Of a stretch of 64,000 bases of DNA, positions 27,964-38,679 are shown in pieces. Below the pieces are notes generated by a model that saw nothing but the letters and a program-made list of their open reading frames with translations, did no database searches and was not told where the DNA came from. Location of the stretch: NCBI GenBank assembly GCA_048213135.1, contig PS015009.1, positions 1,984,001 to 2,048,000 on the forward strand, written 5' to 3'. Source of the DNA: Reclinomonas americana ATCC 50394 (taxonomy: Eukaryota). Within the stretch, counting starts at the first letter, position 1, and each line of letters begins with the position of its first letter. Made by a program: the position numbers and the translations under genes.

Positions 27964-28058
27964 CGCAAAGGAACAAGGTTCGAACTGGTGCACTACCTCA
28001 ATACCGGGAAATACGAACCGATACATAAATCCACTATCTTGCAGATAAATCAAGGAAC

Positions 28059-28934
28059 ATGCTGAAATCAATGACTGGTTTTGGAAGGGCGGAGCAGACG
28101 GTGAACGATAAGACTTTTTTGGTGGAGATCAAAGCCCTCAACGGTAAACAATTTGAACTGCAGGTTAAATTACCCCCGCTTTTACGACCTTACGAATTCG
28201 AGATCCGCAATACTTTGCAGGAGCAACTGGTAAGAGGTACCATCGATTGTATCATCAGCATTAAACAGAACGGTACTTCCAAACCCGTTACTATTAATAC
28301 AGATCTGATTAAAGCGTATTACCAGCAAATAGACAAACTGGCTACCGAACTTAATATCGACAGCAACTCGGTACTGAGTGCCTTACTTCGCCTGCCCGAA
28401 GTGGTAACTCCCACCAATGATGTGCTGGGTGATGAAGATTATGCTGAATTCAGTAAAGTACTCCATGCCGCGCTGGGCGATCTTAACCAGCACAGGATTG
28501 AAGAGGGCGCAGTGCTGGAAAGCGACCTGCTTACCCGCATCAGCAATATCAATGAACAGGAAGAAGCTATCCTGGCACTGGAACCTAAAAGGGAGCAGCG
28601 CATAAGGGAAGAGATCAACCAGTTGCTGGAGAAACATGTAGGCAAAGAGAACATCGACAACAACCGCATGGAACAGGAACTGATCTATTACATGGAAAAG
28701 ATAGACATCCATGAAGAACAGATCAGGCTGCGCCAGCACTGCGAATACTTTCTCTCCATCCTGCAACTGCCGGAAGAAGGCAAAGGAAAAAAATTGTCCT
28801 TCATACTCCAGGAAATTGGCAGGGAGATCAACACAACGGGAAGCAAAGCTTACGACGCCGATATACAGAAATGCGTGGTACAGATGAAAGATGAACTGGA
28901 AAAAGCCAAAGAACAGGTGCTGAATGTATTGTAA
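28059..28934 (+). CDS. yicC: YicC family endoribonuclease
   Basis: MLKSMTGFGR...GKKLSFILQEIGREINTTGSK...KEQVLNVL. Confidence 0.93.
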   Translation: MLKSMTGFGRAEQTVNDKTFLVEIKALNGKQFELQVKLPPLLRPYEFEIRNTLQEQLVRGTIDCIISIKQNGTSKPVTINTDLIKAYYQQIDKLATELNIDSNSVLSALLRLPEVVTPTNDVLGDEDYAEFSKVLHAALGDLNQHRIEEGAVLESDLLTRISNINEQEEAILALEPKREQRIREEINQLLEKHVGKENIDNNRMEQELIYYMEKIDIHEEQIRLRQHCEYFLSILQLPEEGKGKKLSFILQEIGREINTTGSKAYDADIQKCVVQMKDELEKAKEQVLNVL

Positions 28935-28935
28935 T

Positions 28936-29433
28936 ATGATGCCGATCAATAAAAAATGGACAAACAATACTTACCTGGCCGGCTTGCTGGCCGGAATTTT
29001 GCTGCTGGGATCCTGCGCACAACTGGAAGTATATGAAAAGAATACCCCCATTCCCAACCAGGAATGGAAAAGCAGTTTTACTACCGTAGGCAGTTTTACC
29101 ATCAGTGATACGCTTGCGGCCTACAGCATTTCCCTGGTATTGCGGCACACCGATGCGTATAAGTATAATAATATATGGCTGAACATCGGTTTGCAACCCC
29201 CGGGCGACAGCATGTCGGTACAAAAGGTTGACCTGAAACTGGCCAGCGACGCCAGCGGGTGGGAAGGAACCGGTATGAATGATATCTGGGAAGTGAGAAA
29301 ACTGCTGAATGGCGAACCCCGCCGGTTTAAAAAGGCCGGGACTTACCGTTTTACGATAGGCCAGATCATGCGAGACGAGCCCCTGCAGCATGTACTGTCT
29401 GCCGGGCTAAGGGTGGAAAAATACAAACCCTGA
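28936..29433 (+). CDS. gldH: Gliding motility lipoprotein GldH
   Basis: Lipobox LLGSC; LRHTDAYKYNNIWL, GWEGTG and GQIMRDEPL motifs. Confidence 0.85.
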   Translation: MMPINKKWTNNTYLAGLLAGILLLGSCAQLEVYEKNTPIPNQEWKSSFTTVGSFTISDTLAAYSISLVLRHTDAYKYNNIWLNIGLQPPGDSMSVQKVDLKLASDASGWEGTGMNDIWEVRKLLNGEPRRFKKAGTYRFTIGQIMRDEPLQHVLSAGLRVEKYKP

Positions 29434-29506
29434 CTACTTTAACAAACCATTTATCCCAAAATCCTGTGCTAAGCGTTTTAACAAAACAATTCTTTATTTT
29501 GCACAC

Positions 29507-30361
29507 ATGAAGATAAAATATGCCGTTCTGCTGCTGCTGGTGGCAGGAACAACCCGGGTAAATGCACAGAACCAAAACTACGAGTATGTGCAAAAAGGAG
29601 AATTTGGGATCAGCGCGGGACTGGCTCATTACTTCGGGGATCTGAATACGAGGGCGGCCATCAACAGGCCCAAGCTGGCAGTAGGCGCTTTCTACCGCAA
29701 ACAGTTCGGTAATTATGTAGGTCTTCGCCTGAGCGCACACTATGCGCAGCTGGGATACAGCGACGTTTACAGCAAAAATGAATACCAGAAGAGGAGGAAC
29801 CTCAGTTTCAATACCAACCTGTGGGAACTTACCATACAGGGAGATTTCAACTTCTTTAAGTTCATCCCGCAAAACCCCGATTACCTGTTTACTCCTTATA
29901 TAACACTGGGTGTAGGCGCTTTCAGCTTTGATCCTTATGCCTACCTCAACGGGAAAAAAGAATTCCTGCGTCCCCTGGGCACAGAAGGGCAGAATGTGGG
30001 TTACAACGGCAGGAAGCAGTACGGCCCTATATCTGTATGCGTTCCTGTTGGCGTGGGTTTCAAGTATAACCTCAACGAAAAAACGAACTTTTTCTTCGAG
30101 ATTGCCCATCGCTTCACCTTTACCGATTACCTGGATGATGTAAGCACCACTTATGTAGGCGCTTCCCGGTTCCCTGTGCTCAGCAGCGGAGATCCGTCAC
30201 CCGCTATGCTGCTGCAGGACCGCTCTTACGAGATCGACCCCGCCAATATCATAGGCGTGGAAGGCCGCCAGCGCGGATGGAGCAAACAAAAAGACCAGTA
30301 TATTATTGCTGAAGTGGGGCTCTCCATCAATATCAGCACCTATAAGTGCCCGTCCTATTAA
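29507..30361 (+). CDS. DUF6089 / PorG-like outer-membrane beta-barrel protein
   Basis: YFGDLN, RNLSF, LGTEGQ and FTFTDYLDDVS motifs; position upstream of uppS. Confidence 0.8.
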   Translation: MKIKYAVLLLLVAGTTRVNAQNQNYEYVQKGEFGISAGLAHYFGDLNTRAAINRPKLAVGAFYRKQFGNYVGLRLSAHYAQLGYSDVYSKNEYQKRRNLSFNTNLWELTIQGDFNFFKFIPQNPDYLFTPYITLGVGAFSFDPYAYLNGKKEFLRPLGTEGQNVGYNGRKQYGPISVCVPVGVGFKYNLNEKTNFFFEIAHRFTFTDYLDDVSTTYVGASRFPVLSSGDPSPAMLLQDRSYEIDPANIIGVEGRQRGWSKQKDQYIIAEVGLSINISTYKCPSY

Positions 30362-30383
30362 CAATCAGCATATTATTATATAC

Positions 30384-30410
30384 AGCCCCGGAATTCCGGG
30401 GTATTTTTTT
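30384..30410 (+). terminator. Intrinsic terminator
   Basis: GCCCCGG-aatt-CCGGGGT followed by ATTTTTTT. Confidence 0.75.
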
Positions 30411-30553
30411 GCTGTTTATGTAAAAACACTATATTTACAGTCCCCAACAAGCAAGACAGGCTACCTGTCTGTATCTCCCAAAGAAAGCAAAGCACAAATC
30501 CTTTTCATTCTGTGATGAAACCATAGTTTTTTAATCGCACAAACAATTAAACT

Positions 30554-33500
30554 ATGGCGTTCATTCGCAACCGCTTTTTGCCGGCGGTGCTGATGCTTTG
30601 TTTTTATACAGTAAAGGCACAGACTGTATATTACCCAGCCCAGTCTTCGCAATTGCTGAAGGCTACCGCAGAAGATATGGCTACGCTGCTGCAGCGTTCC
30701 ATTGCTGGAAGCCATTTTACCACGCAGCCTTACAGCAGCCAGCCTGCTTCAGGTATTATACTGGTATACGACAGCACCATTAAAGACAACCAGGCCTGTA
30801 AAGTAAAATCCCTGAAAGACGACCTCCTTCGTTTCAGCGCCGCGGAAGACAATGGTCTTTGCTTTGGTGTATACCAATACCTGCAGCAATGCGGTTTCCG
30901 CTTCTATCAGCCCGGAACCATATGGGAGCAGGTGCCGTCACTCCGTTCGGCCTATCGTTCCACCGACACCACCTATACCACAGCTTACCGTTATAAAACA
31001 TGGTTCATCAGCGGGGGACACAGCCGCTGGGCTATGGACAACAATACCACCTATTCGTGGGAACCCTACGCCGGCGAGCTGGGCCACAACTGGGCCCTGT
31101 ACCAGCGCCGCAATGGTATGATGGGCGCCTACCGCTTTACCGGTCACCGCGGTGATATCATGACCACACCCTACATCTCCACACTGGTGAGCAATCCCTG
31201 TTATGTGGCCAATTACGAAGGATCGAGGGAGGCCACCAACCGTTCCGTGGCCGACATCAACAGCAATGCAGGCATGCAGTTATGGAGCGATGCCATCCGC
31301 CAGAAATTTACGCAGTACCGCAATAGCATTTTCAGCAATACAACCCTCTATGCCAACCAGTACCGCAACTTTGATTATTACAACGGGCTTATCGGTATAG
31401 AAGTACCTGATGGCGCACAATGGGGCAATGTAAAGGACAACAACGGCTGCGGCGGAAACGGTTATCCCAAAGAAACGGACCAGCATATTTTACTGTCGAA
31501 TTTTACAGCCAGGCAGATCAGTGCAACGAACCCGGGCAAACGTTTCCAGGTATATGCGTACTCATCACATGCGAATGTTCCTTCACCCGGAATAACCATC
31601 GATCCTTCGATAGATGTACAGGTGATAGGTACCGCGTTCCAGAGTGAGACCAGCCCTAAAGGACTTTTCAACCGCTGGTACAACAGCACATCCAACATTT
31701 CCGAGTATCATTATCTTAATATTCCGCAATGGGGTGGTGAAACGCCCATGTTCTTTAAAGACGACCTGGTAACTACGCTTCAGCGGGCCAGAGAGAAAAA
31801 GGGACAGGGCATTGTATGGGAAGCATCTCCTGCGAAATTCGCCAGCCTGCCTTACCTGCTGGCTGCCAACAGCAACCTGAAAGATGGTACCGCGGTAGAC
31901 AGTGTGCTTCACGATTTCTGTAATAACATGTTTGCCGACGCGTCGGAAACCATTTACCGCTTACTGCAATACTGGGGCGATGACCGCACCATTACCGTGA
32001 GCACTTTCATGAACGATAACAAATACAAACTGCCCCTGTATTTCAGCCTGGTGCAGGACGCCATACAGCAAAGCCGAAACGCGCCGGAAGTGGTGCAGGA
32101 AAGATTGCGTGAACTGAAAGCCTACCTGCACTATATGGTATTGTATTACGACTGGGCCTTTGACCAGCGGGCTTATACCGATAAAACAGCGAAAGCCGCG
32201 GCGGTATGTCTTTACCTGGCCCGCATCAGCAAAATGCAACTGGTGAACAGTTATTTCCTGATCACCACTATGGTGAGCAAATACCCTTCTGATTTTAAAA
32301 CACTTTACAACGTTACTAACGGCACCGCCTACCTGGGCGGAAGCCTGGCACAGGTGACGGCTGCGGATATTGACCGCGATTTTCAGTCTGACTATGCTTC
32401 ACAAACCGGGCTGATCAGTAAGTACGATCTGCAGGCCGAAAAGAATATAGCTGCGGCATTAAAAAATAATAACCTGGCCCCACTGCAAAAGATCAGTGTG
32501 AAAATAGGGTATACCAATGGCGCCAATTATCCCAACCGCAGCGAGTTCTTTATTGATGCGCCTGCGGCGGGAGCATTTGTTATCGGTTATACACCCCGTT
32601 TTGAAATGTCGGGTAAGGGCTATATTAATTTTACAGTAGAGGCCGATGAAGCAGCGCTGGGTATCATCAAAGACTTCAGCATTGGTAATCCTTCCGCGGC
32701 GGGCAGTTTTACTGTTGACCTGCCGGCTGCCGGCCGTTATATGCTGACTGTTGTATCCAAATACAAATCATCCCTTGATCTCAGCATTACTACGCAGGGT
32801 AATCTCTTCTATAAAAAAGGACCTTTTCTTGGCAGTAAAACCGAAGATTACCGCGGCAATGCCGAAAGTCTGCCGGGCTATTTTTATGTGCCTGCCGGGC
32901 TTGACCGGATTATCTTCAGCGTGAACAATGCCAAAATCACGAATGGCTATGCCAGTGCCGATGCGGTTGGCAGAACATTCAATTTTAAGGACAACAATGG
33001 AAATGCTGTTTCGCCTAAGCTGGTAAGCCCAGGCGACCCTTCTCTCTTTTACCTGGAAGTGCCCCGCGGATCTGCCGGTACTTTCTGGCAGGCGACTCAA
33101 ATGGCGCAGTACAATCTTTGTTTTGCCAATACCAGCAACCTGCAATGGTATGCCACCCGGCAAGCCTGCAATGACGTCGGTTTTACAATAGATGTGGTGA
33201 AAAAAGGTAACGCCTGTATTACCCGCCTTACGGCAACAACAGCTACGGGCAACGGTCTGCAGTGGACGATCACCAGTGGCAGTCAAACATTTCAATATAA
33301 TAATGTAAAGCAGGTGGATCTTCCGGAAACCGTGGGTACCACCGGTACTGTAACCCTCAGAAATGGCAGCGGTTGTACGCTGACGAAGAGTCTCTCCACC
33401 GACGCAGGATTCCTCAAGGCGAAGGAAGCCTGCGCCGGGGCGGGCTCGGTGCCCGTATTCGGGGCTTCAACTGCCGCACTGGCAACGGTTTATCCCAATC

Positions 33501-33703
33501 CTTCCAATGGTGTTTACCGCTGCCGGCAGAACGGGGAAGACCGGGTGGCCGATCAGGTCAGCATCCTTAATGCCGATGGCGCCGTAATGGCCAGCTTTGC
33601 CGCCACCCGCCAGTTCGACATCAGCCGCCTGGCCGCGGGGGTTTACCTGTACCGTATGCGGATAGATGGGGAGCAGTATACCGGCAAACTGGTAAAGCAG
33701 TAA
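30554..33703 (+). CDS. Large T9SS-secreted protein with a DUF4838/glycoside-hydrolase-like N-terminal region
   Basis: Signal peptide; GLCFGVYQYLQQCGFRFYQPG; C-terminal VYPNPSNG...LAAGVYL...KLVKQ type A sorting domain. Confidence 0.7.
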   Translation: MAFIRNRFLPAVLMLCFYTVKAQTVYYPAQSSQLLKATAEDMATLLQRSIAGSHFTTQPYSSQPASGIILVYDSTIKDNQACKVKSLKDDLLRFSAAEDNGLCFGVYQYLQQCGFRFYQPGTIWEQVPSLRSAYRSTDTTYTTAYRYKTWFISGGHSRWAMDNNTTYSWEPYAGELGHNWALYQRRNGMMGAYRFTGHRGDIMTTPYISTLVSNPCYVANYEGSREATNRSVADINSNAGMQLWSDAIRQKFTQYRNSIFSNTTLYANQYRNFDYYNGLIGIEVPDGAQWGNVKDNNGCGGNGYPKETDQHILLSNFTARQISATNPGKRFQVYAYSSHANVPSPGITIDPSIDVQVIGTAFQSETSPKGLFNRWYNSTSNISEYHYLNIPQWGGETPMFFKDDLVTTLQRAREKKGQGIVWEASPAKFASLPYLLAANSNLKDGTAVDSVLHDFCNNMFADASETIYRLLQYWGDDRTITVSTFMNDNKYKLPLYFSLVQDAIQQSRNAPEVVQERLRELKAYLHYMVLYYDWAFDQRAYTDKTAKAAAVCLYLARISKMQLVNSYFLITTMVSKYPSDFKTLYNVTNGTAYLGGSLAQVTAADIDRDFQSDYASQTGLISKYDLQAEKNIAAALKNNNLAPLQKISVKIGYTNGANYPNRSEFFIDAPAAGAFVIGYTPRFEMSGKGYINFTVEADEAALGIIKDFSIGNPSAAGSFTVDLPAAGRYMLTVVSKYKSSLDLSITTQGNLFYKKGPFLGSKTEDYRGNAESLPGYFYVPAGLDRIIFSVNNAKITNGYASADAVGRTFNFKDNNGNAVSPKLVSPGDPSLFYLEVPRGSAGTFWQATQMAQYNLCFANTSNLQWYATRQACNDVGFTIDVVKKGNACITRLTATTATGNGLQWTITSGSQTFQYNNVKQVDLPETVGTTGTVTLRNGSGCTLTKSLSTDAGFLKAKEACAGAGSVPVFGASTAALATVYPNPSNGVYRCRQNGEDRVADQVSILNADGAVMASFAATRQFDISRLAAGVYLYRMRIDGEQYTGKLVKQ

Positions 33704-33795
33704 GATATTTACCCAAAAGGCTGATTACAGCTAAATTTTACTACTTTTGCTGCCCAAAGTCAGGCCCTGCGCCTGACTTCATATTGTACCGCTAC

Positions 33796-34557
33796 ATGAG
33801 TTTGAAAGACAAATTAGACATGCAAAGGCTGCCCAGTCATATTGCCATCATCATGGATGGTAATGGCAGGTGGGCGAAAGAAAAAGGAGAAGACCGCCTT
33901 TTCGGACACCTGCATGGTGTGGAAAGTGTACGCAATATAGTAGAAGGTGCCGCGGAACTGGGCATACAATATCTCACCCTTTATGCTTTCAGTACAGAGA
34001 ACTGGGACCGGCCACAGTACGAGGTTTCAGGCCTTATGGAACTGCTGGTGGATACCATTCACAAGGAAGTACCCACACTGAATAAGAACAATATCAAACT
34101 GCATGTAATAGGCGATGTGGCCATGCTGCCCGACGCCGCCAGGAACGAATTGAATGAAGCGATAGAAGAGACCAGCGTGAACACCGGGCTGAACCTTATA
34201 ATGGCCCTCAGCTACAGCAGCCGCTGGGAAATTGGACATGCTATTAAACAGATTGCCGAAGCCGTGAAAAAAGGCGAACTGGAACCTTCCGGAATTACAC
34301 AGGACACGATCAAAAACTACCTGACTACCAGTGCTTTCCCCGATCCCGAATTGATGATCAGGACCAGCGGCGAATACCGGGTCAGCAATTTCCTGCTGTA
34401 TCAGCTGGCTTATGCGGAACTGCATTTCACCAATACTTTATGGCCCGATTTCAGGAAAGAGAACCTGTATGCGGCCATACTCGATTACCAGAGCCGCGAA
34501 CGTCGGTTCGGTAAAACAGGTGAACAGGTTAAAAAACAGGAAACAACCAACGGATAA
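33796..34557 (+). CDS. uppS: Undecaprenyl diphosphate synthase
   Basis: HIAIIMDGNGRWA, YAFSTENW and IRTSGEYRVSNFLL motifs. Confidence 0.97.
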   Translation: MSLKDKLDMQRLPSHIAIIMDGNGRWAKEKGEDRLFGHLHGVESVRNIVEGAAELGIQYLTLYAFSTENWDRPQYEVSGLMELLVDTIHKEVPTLNKNNIKLHVIGDVAMLPDAARNELNEAIEETSVNTGLNLIMALSYSSRWEIGHAIKQIAEAVKKGELEPSGITQDTIKNYLTTSAFPDPELMIRTSGEYRVSNFLLYQLAYAELHFTNTLWPDFRKENLYAAILDYQSRERRFGKTGEQVKKQETTNG

Positions 34558-34688
34558 ATGCGGCGGAGTACCCCGTAACCCGGTGAAAATAAAGGCTTAT
34601 AGTGCAGAAAGGAAGCAGGGGAAGGGTACCAGTTTAACAAATAGTTTTAAATAATGGGCTTAATTTGCCGCACGAAAAAAACCAATTG

Positions 34689-37412
34689 ATGCAGAGGATT
34701 TACACCAGGATTTTTTTTATTGCCACCATTCTAATTTGCAGCGAGACCCTTTTGGCGCAAACCGATACCATCCCTGTATCTGTTGATCCTGCTTTACAGG
34801 ACATACTGAATGCAAAATTTCCTAAAGAGTATACCATCGCTGGTATAACCGTTACCGGTACGAAGGCATTCGATCCCAACCTCATCATTTCCATTTCCGG
34901 CCTGGCCGTAGGCGATAAAGTGCAGATACCCGGCACCGATGTTTTTGCGAAAGCCATCACCAAACTGTGGAGGCAAAGCCTGATCGCCGATATCGAAATT
35001 TATTTTACCAAACTGGTGGGCCGTGACCTCTATGTTGAATTTGCAGTAACGGAACGCCCCCGCTTATCCGACTTTAAATTTGTTGGCGTAAGAAAAGGCG
35101 AACGCGATGACCTGGAACCTAAAGTGGCGCTGGTAAAAGACCGCGTACTCACCGAGAACATGCGCCTGAGCGCCGTAGAGGCCATCCGTAAATTTTATTA
35201 TGATAAAGGTTACCGCAATGTGGAGATCAGGATGGTGGAAGAACCGTCCACTACACTCAGCAATGCCGTATCGCTCACCTTCTATATTAACAAAGGCAAC
35301 AAGGTTAAAGTAAGCTCCATCAACTTCAGCGGCAACACCATTGCCGACCAGAAACTGAAAAAGCAGATGAAGGGCACCAAGGAAATGACCAGGTTCACCC
35401 TCTTCCCGCCTAAAGTGAATAACCCTTATGGCGATACTTCCCGCAGGATCACTTTCAAACAATATATTTCTGACGTAGGCTTCCTGTCGCTCACCAAAAC
35501 CCGCGACTACCTGAACCCCTACGCCAGGTTCAGTGGTTTCAGCTCTGCCAAATTCAGCGATAAGAAATACACAGAAGATAAAGAGAAACTGCTCGACTAC
35601 TATAACTCAAAAGGTTTCCGCGACGCCAGGATCGTAAATGATACGGTAATACCCAACGTTAAAAGCAACCTCGATGTATTCATCAAAATGAATGAAGGCC
35701 GCAGGTATTATTTCGGCGATATCGTGTGGAGGGGCAATACCAAGTACAGCGATTCTATCCTTAATACGATCCTTGGCATCAGGAAAGGTGATGTATATAA
35801 CCTGGAACTGCTGAACAAAAGGCTGGGTAAAGAATTGTCTGCCGAAGGCGCCGACGTAAGCAGCCTTTATATGGACGATGGTTACCTGTTCTTCAGGGTT
35901 GACCCGGTGGAAACCGCCGTATATAATGACACCATTGATTTCGAGATCAGGATGACCGAAGGCCTGCAGGCTGTTTATGGCAACATCACCATCTCGGGTA
36001 ATGATAAAACAAAGGACTATGTGATCCGCCGCGAACTGAGGACCATACCCGGTGAAAAGTTCAGCCGTTCGGATATCATCCGTACACAGCGTGAACTGGG
36101 CCAGCTGGGCTTTATTGATGCGGAAAAGATCGTACCCAATGTAGTACCTAATGCAGAGAACGGAACTGTGGATATTAACTGGGCCATTGAAGAAAAATCT
36201 GCCGATCAGCTCGAGCTGTCTGCCGGCTTTGGTGGCGGTATCGGTCTTACCGGTACACTGGGTGTAACCTTCAACAACTTCTCTATTAAGAATATTACCA
36301 AACGTTCTACCTGGGATCCGCTGCCTTCGGGCGATGGTCAAAGGCTGAGCGCCAGGATACAATCCAATGGTAAGGCCTTCCGTTCTTATAACTTCTCCTT
36401 CACCGAACCATGGCTGGGAGGTAAGAAAAGGAACTCTTTCACCATCGGCTATTCAAATACAAAATATGCCAACGCTTATGATGCTTACGGAAGCTATTGC
36501 CGCTCCTGCGGTGATACCTCGTACGTGAAAACAAGCAACTTCAATATTTCACTGGGTAAACAATTGAAATGGCCTGATGACTATTTCAACCTGATCTACT
36601 CCCTCAGTTTCCAGCGTTACAAACTGGTAAACTATCCCGGTATTTTCAGCGGACTGAAAAATGGTACGTCTACCAACATCAGTCTGAAGATAGCCCTGGT
36701 ACGTAACTCAGCCGGTCCCAACCCCATCTTCCCGACAAGCGGTTCCAACTTCGACCTGAGCGGACAGTTTACATTGCCGTACTCAGCGCTGGGTATTACA
36801 TCGGGTGCCGACAACCAGTACAAACTGCCTGAGTTCCACAAATGGCGCTTTAACGGTGAGTGGTATACTCCTATCGGCAGGGCCAGGGGAGCAGAGAAGA
36901 ACAAACAGTTCATCCTGAAGATCGCGGCTAAATACGGCTTCATCGGTAAATACAATAAAGATCTCCAGGTTTCACCGTTTGAACGCTTCCAGCTGGGTGA
37001 TGCCGGTTTGAGCAACAACTTCGCATTGCTGGGTTATGATATCATCGCTCACCGCGGTTATCCCGTGTATGAGAGCTCTAACCCCAAAGTGAATCCTGAA
37101 GACATTACACCAAGCCAGTTCTTTACCATATTCAATAAGTACACCGCTGAATTGCGTTATCCGTTCAGCACCAGTGCCAGCAGCACCATTTATGGTCTCG
37201 CTTTCTTCGAAGCCGCAAATGGCTGGTACAGTTTCAAGGATTACAATCCATTCAAACTGCGTCGTTCTGCCGGTGTGGGCCTGCGTTTCTTCCTGCCCAT
37301 GTTCGGTCTGCTTGGATTTGACTATGGTATAGGATTTGACAGGTACAACTCTACCAGCGGATTAAAAGGCGCTGCCAAGTTTACCTTCATGCTTGGACAA
37401 GAACCGCAGTAA
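34689..37412 (+). CDS. bamA: Outer membrane protein assembly factor BamA
   Basis: POTRA repeats (GNDKTKDYVIRRE) followed by a barrel ending in GLRFFLPMFGLLGFDYG; uppS-bamA-ompH context. Confidence 0.95.
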   Translation: MQRIYTRIFFIATILICSETLLAQTDTIPVSVDPALQDILNAKFPKEYTIAGITVTGTKAFDPNLIISISGLAVGDKVQIPGTDVFAKAITKLWRQSLIADIEIYFTKLVGRDLYVEFAVTERPRLSDFKFVGVRKGERDDLEPKVALVKDRVLTENMRLSAVEAIRKFYYDKGYRNVEIRMVEEPSTTLSNAVSLTFYINKGNKVKVSSINFSGNTIADQKLKKQMKGTKEMTRFTLFPPKVNNPYGDTSRRITFKQYISDVGFLSLTKTRDYLNPYARFSGFSSAKFSDKKYTEDKEKLLDYYNSKGFRDARIVNDTVIPNVKSNLDVFIKMNEGRRYYFGDIVWRGNTKYSDSILNTILGIRKGDVYNLELLNKRLGKELSAEGADVSSLYMDDGYLFFRVDPVETAVYNDTIDFEIRMTEGLQAVYGNITISGNDKTKDYVIRRELRTIPGEKFSRSDIIRTQRELGQLGFIDAEKIVPNVVPNAENGTVDINWAIEEKSADQLELSAGFGGGIGLTGTLGVTFNNFSIKNITKRSTWDPLPSGDGQRLSARIQSNGKAFRSYNFSFTEPWLGGKKRNSFTIGYSNTKYANAYDAYGSYCRSCGDTSYVKTSNFNISLGKQLKWPDDYFNLIYSLSFQRYKLVNYPGIFSGLKNGTSTNISLKIALVRNSAGPNPIFPTSGSNFDLSGQFTLPYSALGITSGADNQYKLPEFHKWRFNGEWYTPIGRARGAEKNKQFILKIAAKYGFIGKYNKDLQVSPFERFQLGDAGLSNNFALLGYDIIAHRGYPVYESSNPKVNPEDITPSQFFTIFNKYTAELRYPFSTSASSTIYGLAFFEAANGWYSFKDYNPFKLRRSAGVGLRFFLPMFGLLGFDYGIGFDRYNSTSGLKGAAKFTFMLGQEPQ

Positions 37413-37451
37413 CAGTTGACCGTTAATTCGTTTATTTGTAAAAAAATAACT

Positions 37452-37973
37452 ATGACAACAACAGCAAAACGCCTGCTCATTGTATTCGGACTTATCCTGT
37501 CGGTAGCCGCCGGCCAGGCACAACGTTATGCCGTGATCGATTCCAAATACATACTGGAAAAGATGCCTGAGTATAAAGACGCACAGAAAAAGCTGGATAT
37601 GTTCAGCGAACAGTGGCAGCAGGAAATTGACCAGAAAGAGACCGCGGTGAACAAGATGGTCAAAGATTATGAGGCTGAACAGGTTATGCTGAGCGATGCC
37701 CTGAAGAAAAAAAGAGAGGACGAACTGTACAATAAAGAGAAAGAACTCCGTGACCTGCAGAAAAAGCGTTTCGGGTTCGAAGGCGACCTGTTTAAAAAAA
37801 GGCAGGAATTGATTAAACCCATACAGGACAAGGTATACAACGCCGTGCAAAAGCTGGCGGTTGAAAAACAATATGATTTTATCCTCGATAAAAGTGAGGG
37901 AATTACCGTTATCTTTGCCGACCCCAAACTGGACAGGAGTGAAGATGTGCTGAGGAACCTGGGTGTTAAATAA
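37452..37973 (+). CDS. OmpH/Skp chaperone
   Basis: YAVIDSKYILEKMPEY...LIKPIQDKVYNAV. Confidence 0.92.
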   Translation: MTTTAKRLLIVFGLILSVAAGQAQRYAVIDSKYILEKMPEYKDAQKKLDMFSEQWQQEIDQKETAVNKMVKDYEAEQVMLSDALKKKREDELYNKEKELRDLQKKRFGFEGDLFKKRQELIKPIQDKVYNAVQKLAVEKQYDFILDKSEGITVIFADPKLDRSEDVLRNLGVK

Positions 37974-38052
37974 TTTGTAAATAAACGGCTGTCACGCAGC
38001 TAAAACCATAAAAAACCAAACTTAGTAAATCAAGAAAACCTAAAAAAAGACA

Positions 38053-38613
38053 ATGAAAAAATTAATTGTAGCTGCAGGCATTTTGGCGGTAGCGATTTTC
38101 GGTTCTAACAGCGCTTCGGCCCAGGCTAAAATCGGTTATATCGATACGGATGTACTGATCAGCGTTATGCCGGAAGCTATTAAAGTGGATGCAGAGCTTA
38201 AAGAGTACCAGAAGTCTCTGATCCAGCAAGGCCAGGACCTGCAAAAAGAAGCTGATGAAAAAGCAGCCGCTTTTGTAAAGGACTCTGGCAGCCTTTCTCC
38301 TCAAATGAAAGAGATCAAAAGGGGCGATATTGTGAAACTGTACCAAAGGTTACAGAATTACGAATCAGAAATGCAGGAAAATACCAGCCAGTATGCTCAG
38401 CAAAAAATCACGCCTATCCGCACCAAAGCTTTTGAAGCCATCAAAACAGTAGCTAAAGAAAAAGGATATGCTTACGTACTCGACGCTTCTACCAATGTAC
38501 TGCTCGTTAGCCCTCCGGGCGATGACCTGCTGCCAGCGGTAAAACTGAAACTGGGTATCAAAGACGAACCGGCCAAACCGGCCACTCCGGCAACAAAACC
38601 CGCAGGTAACTAA
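38053..38613 (+). CDS. OmpH/Skp chaperone (second paralog)
   Basis: KIGYIDTDVLISVMPE...AIKTVAKEKGYAYVLD. Confidence 0.92.
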   Translation: MKKLIVAAGILAVAIFGSNSASAQAKIGYIDTDVLISVMPEAIKVDAELKEYQKSLIQQGQDLQKEADEKAAAFVKDSGSLSPQMKEIKRGDIVKLYQRLQNYESEMQENTSQYAQQKITPIRTKAFEAIKTVAKEKGYAYVLDASTNVLLVSPPGDDLLPAVKLKLGIKDEPAKPATPATKPAGN

Positions 38614-38679
38614 GACGCCTGTAAATTTATAATAAGCAAAGCCTTTCGGTGTACCGGGAGGCTTTGTTATTTTTGACAT

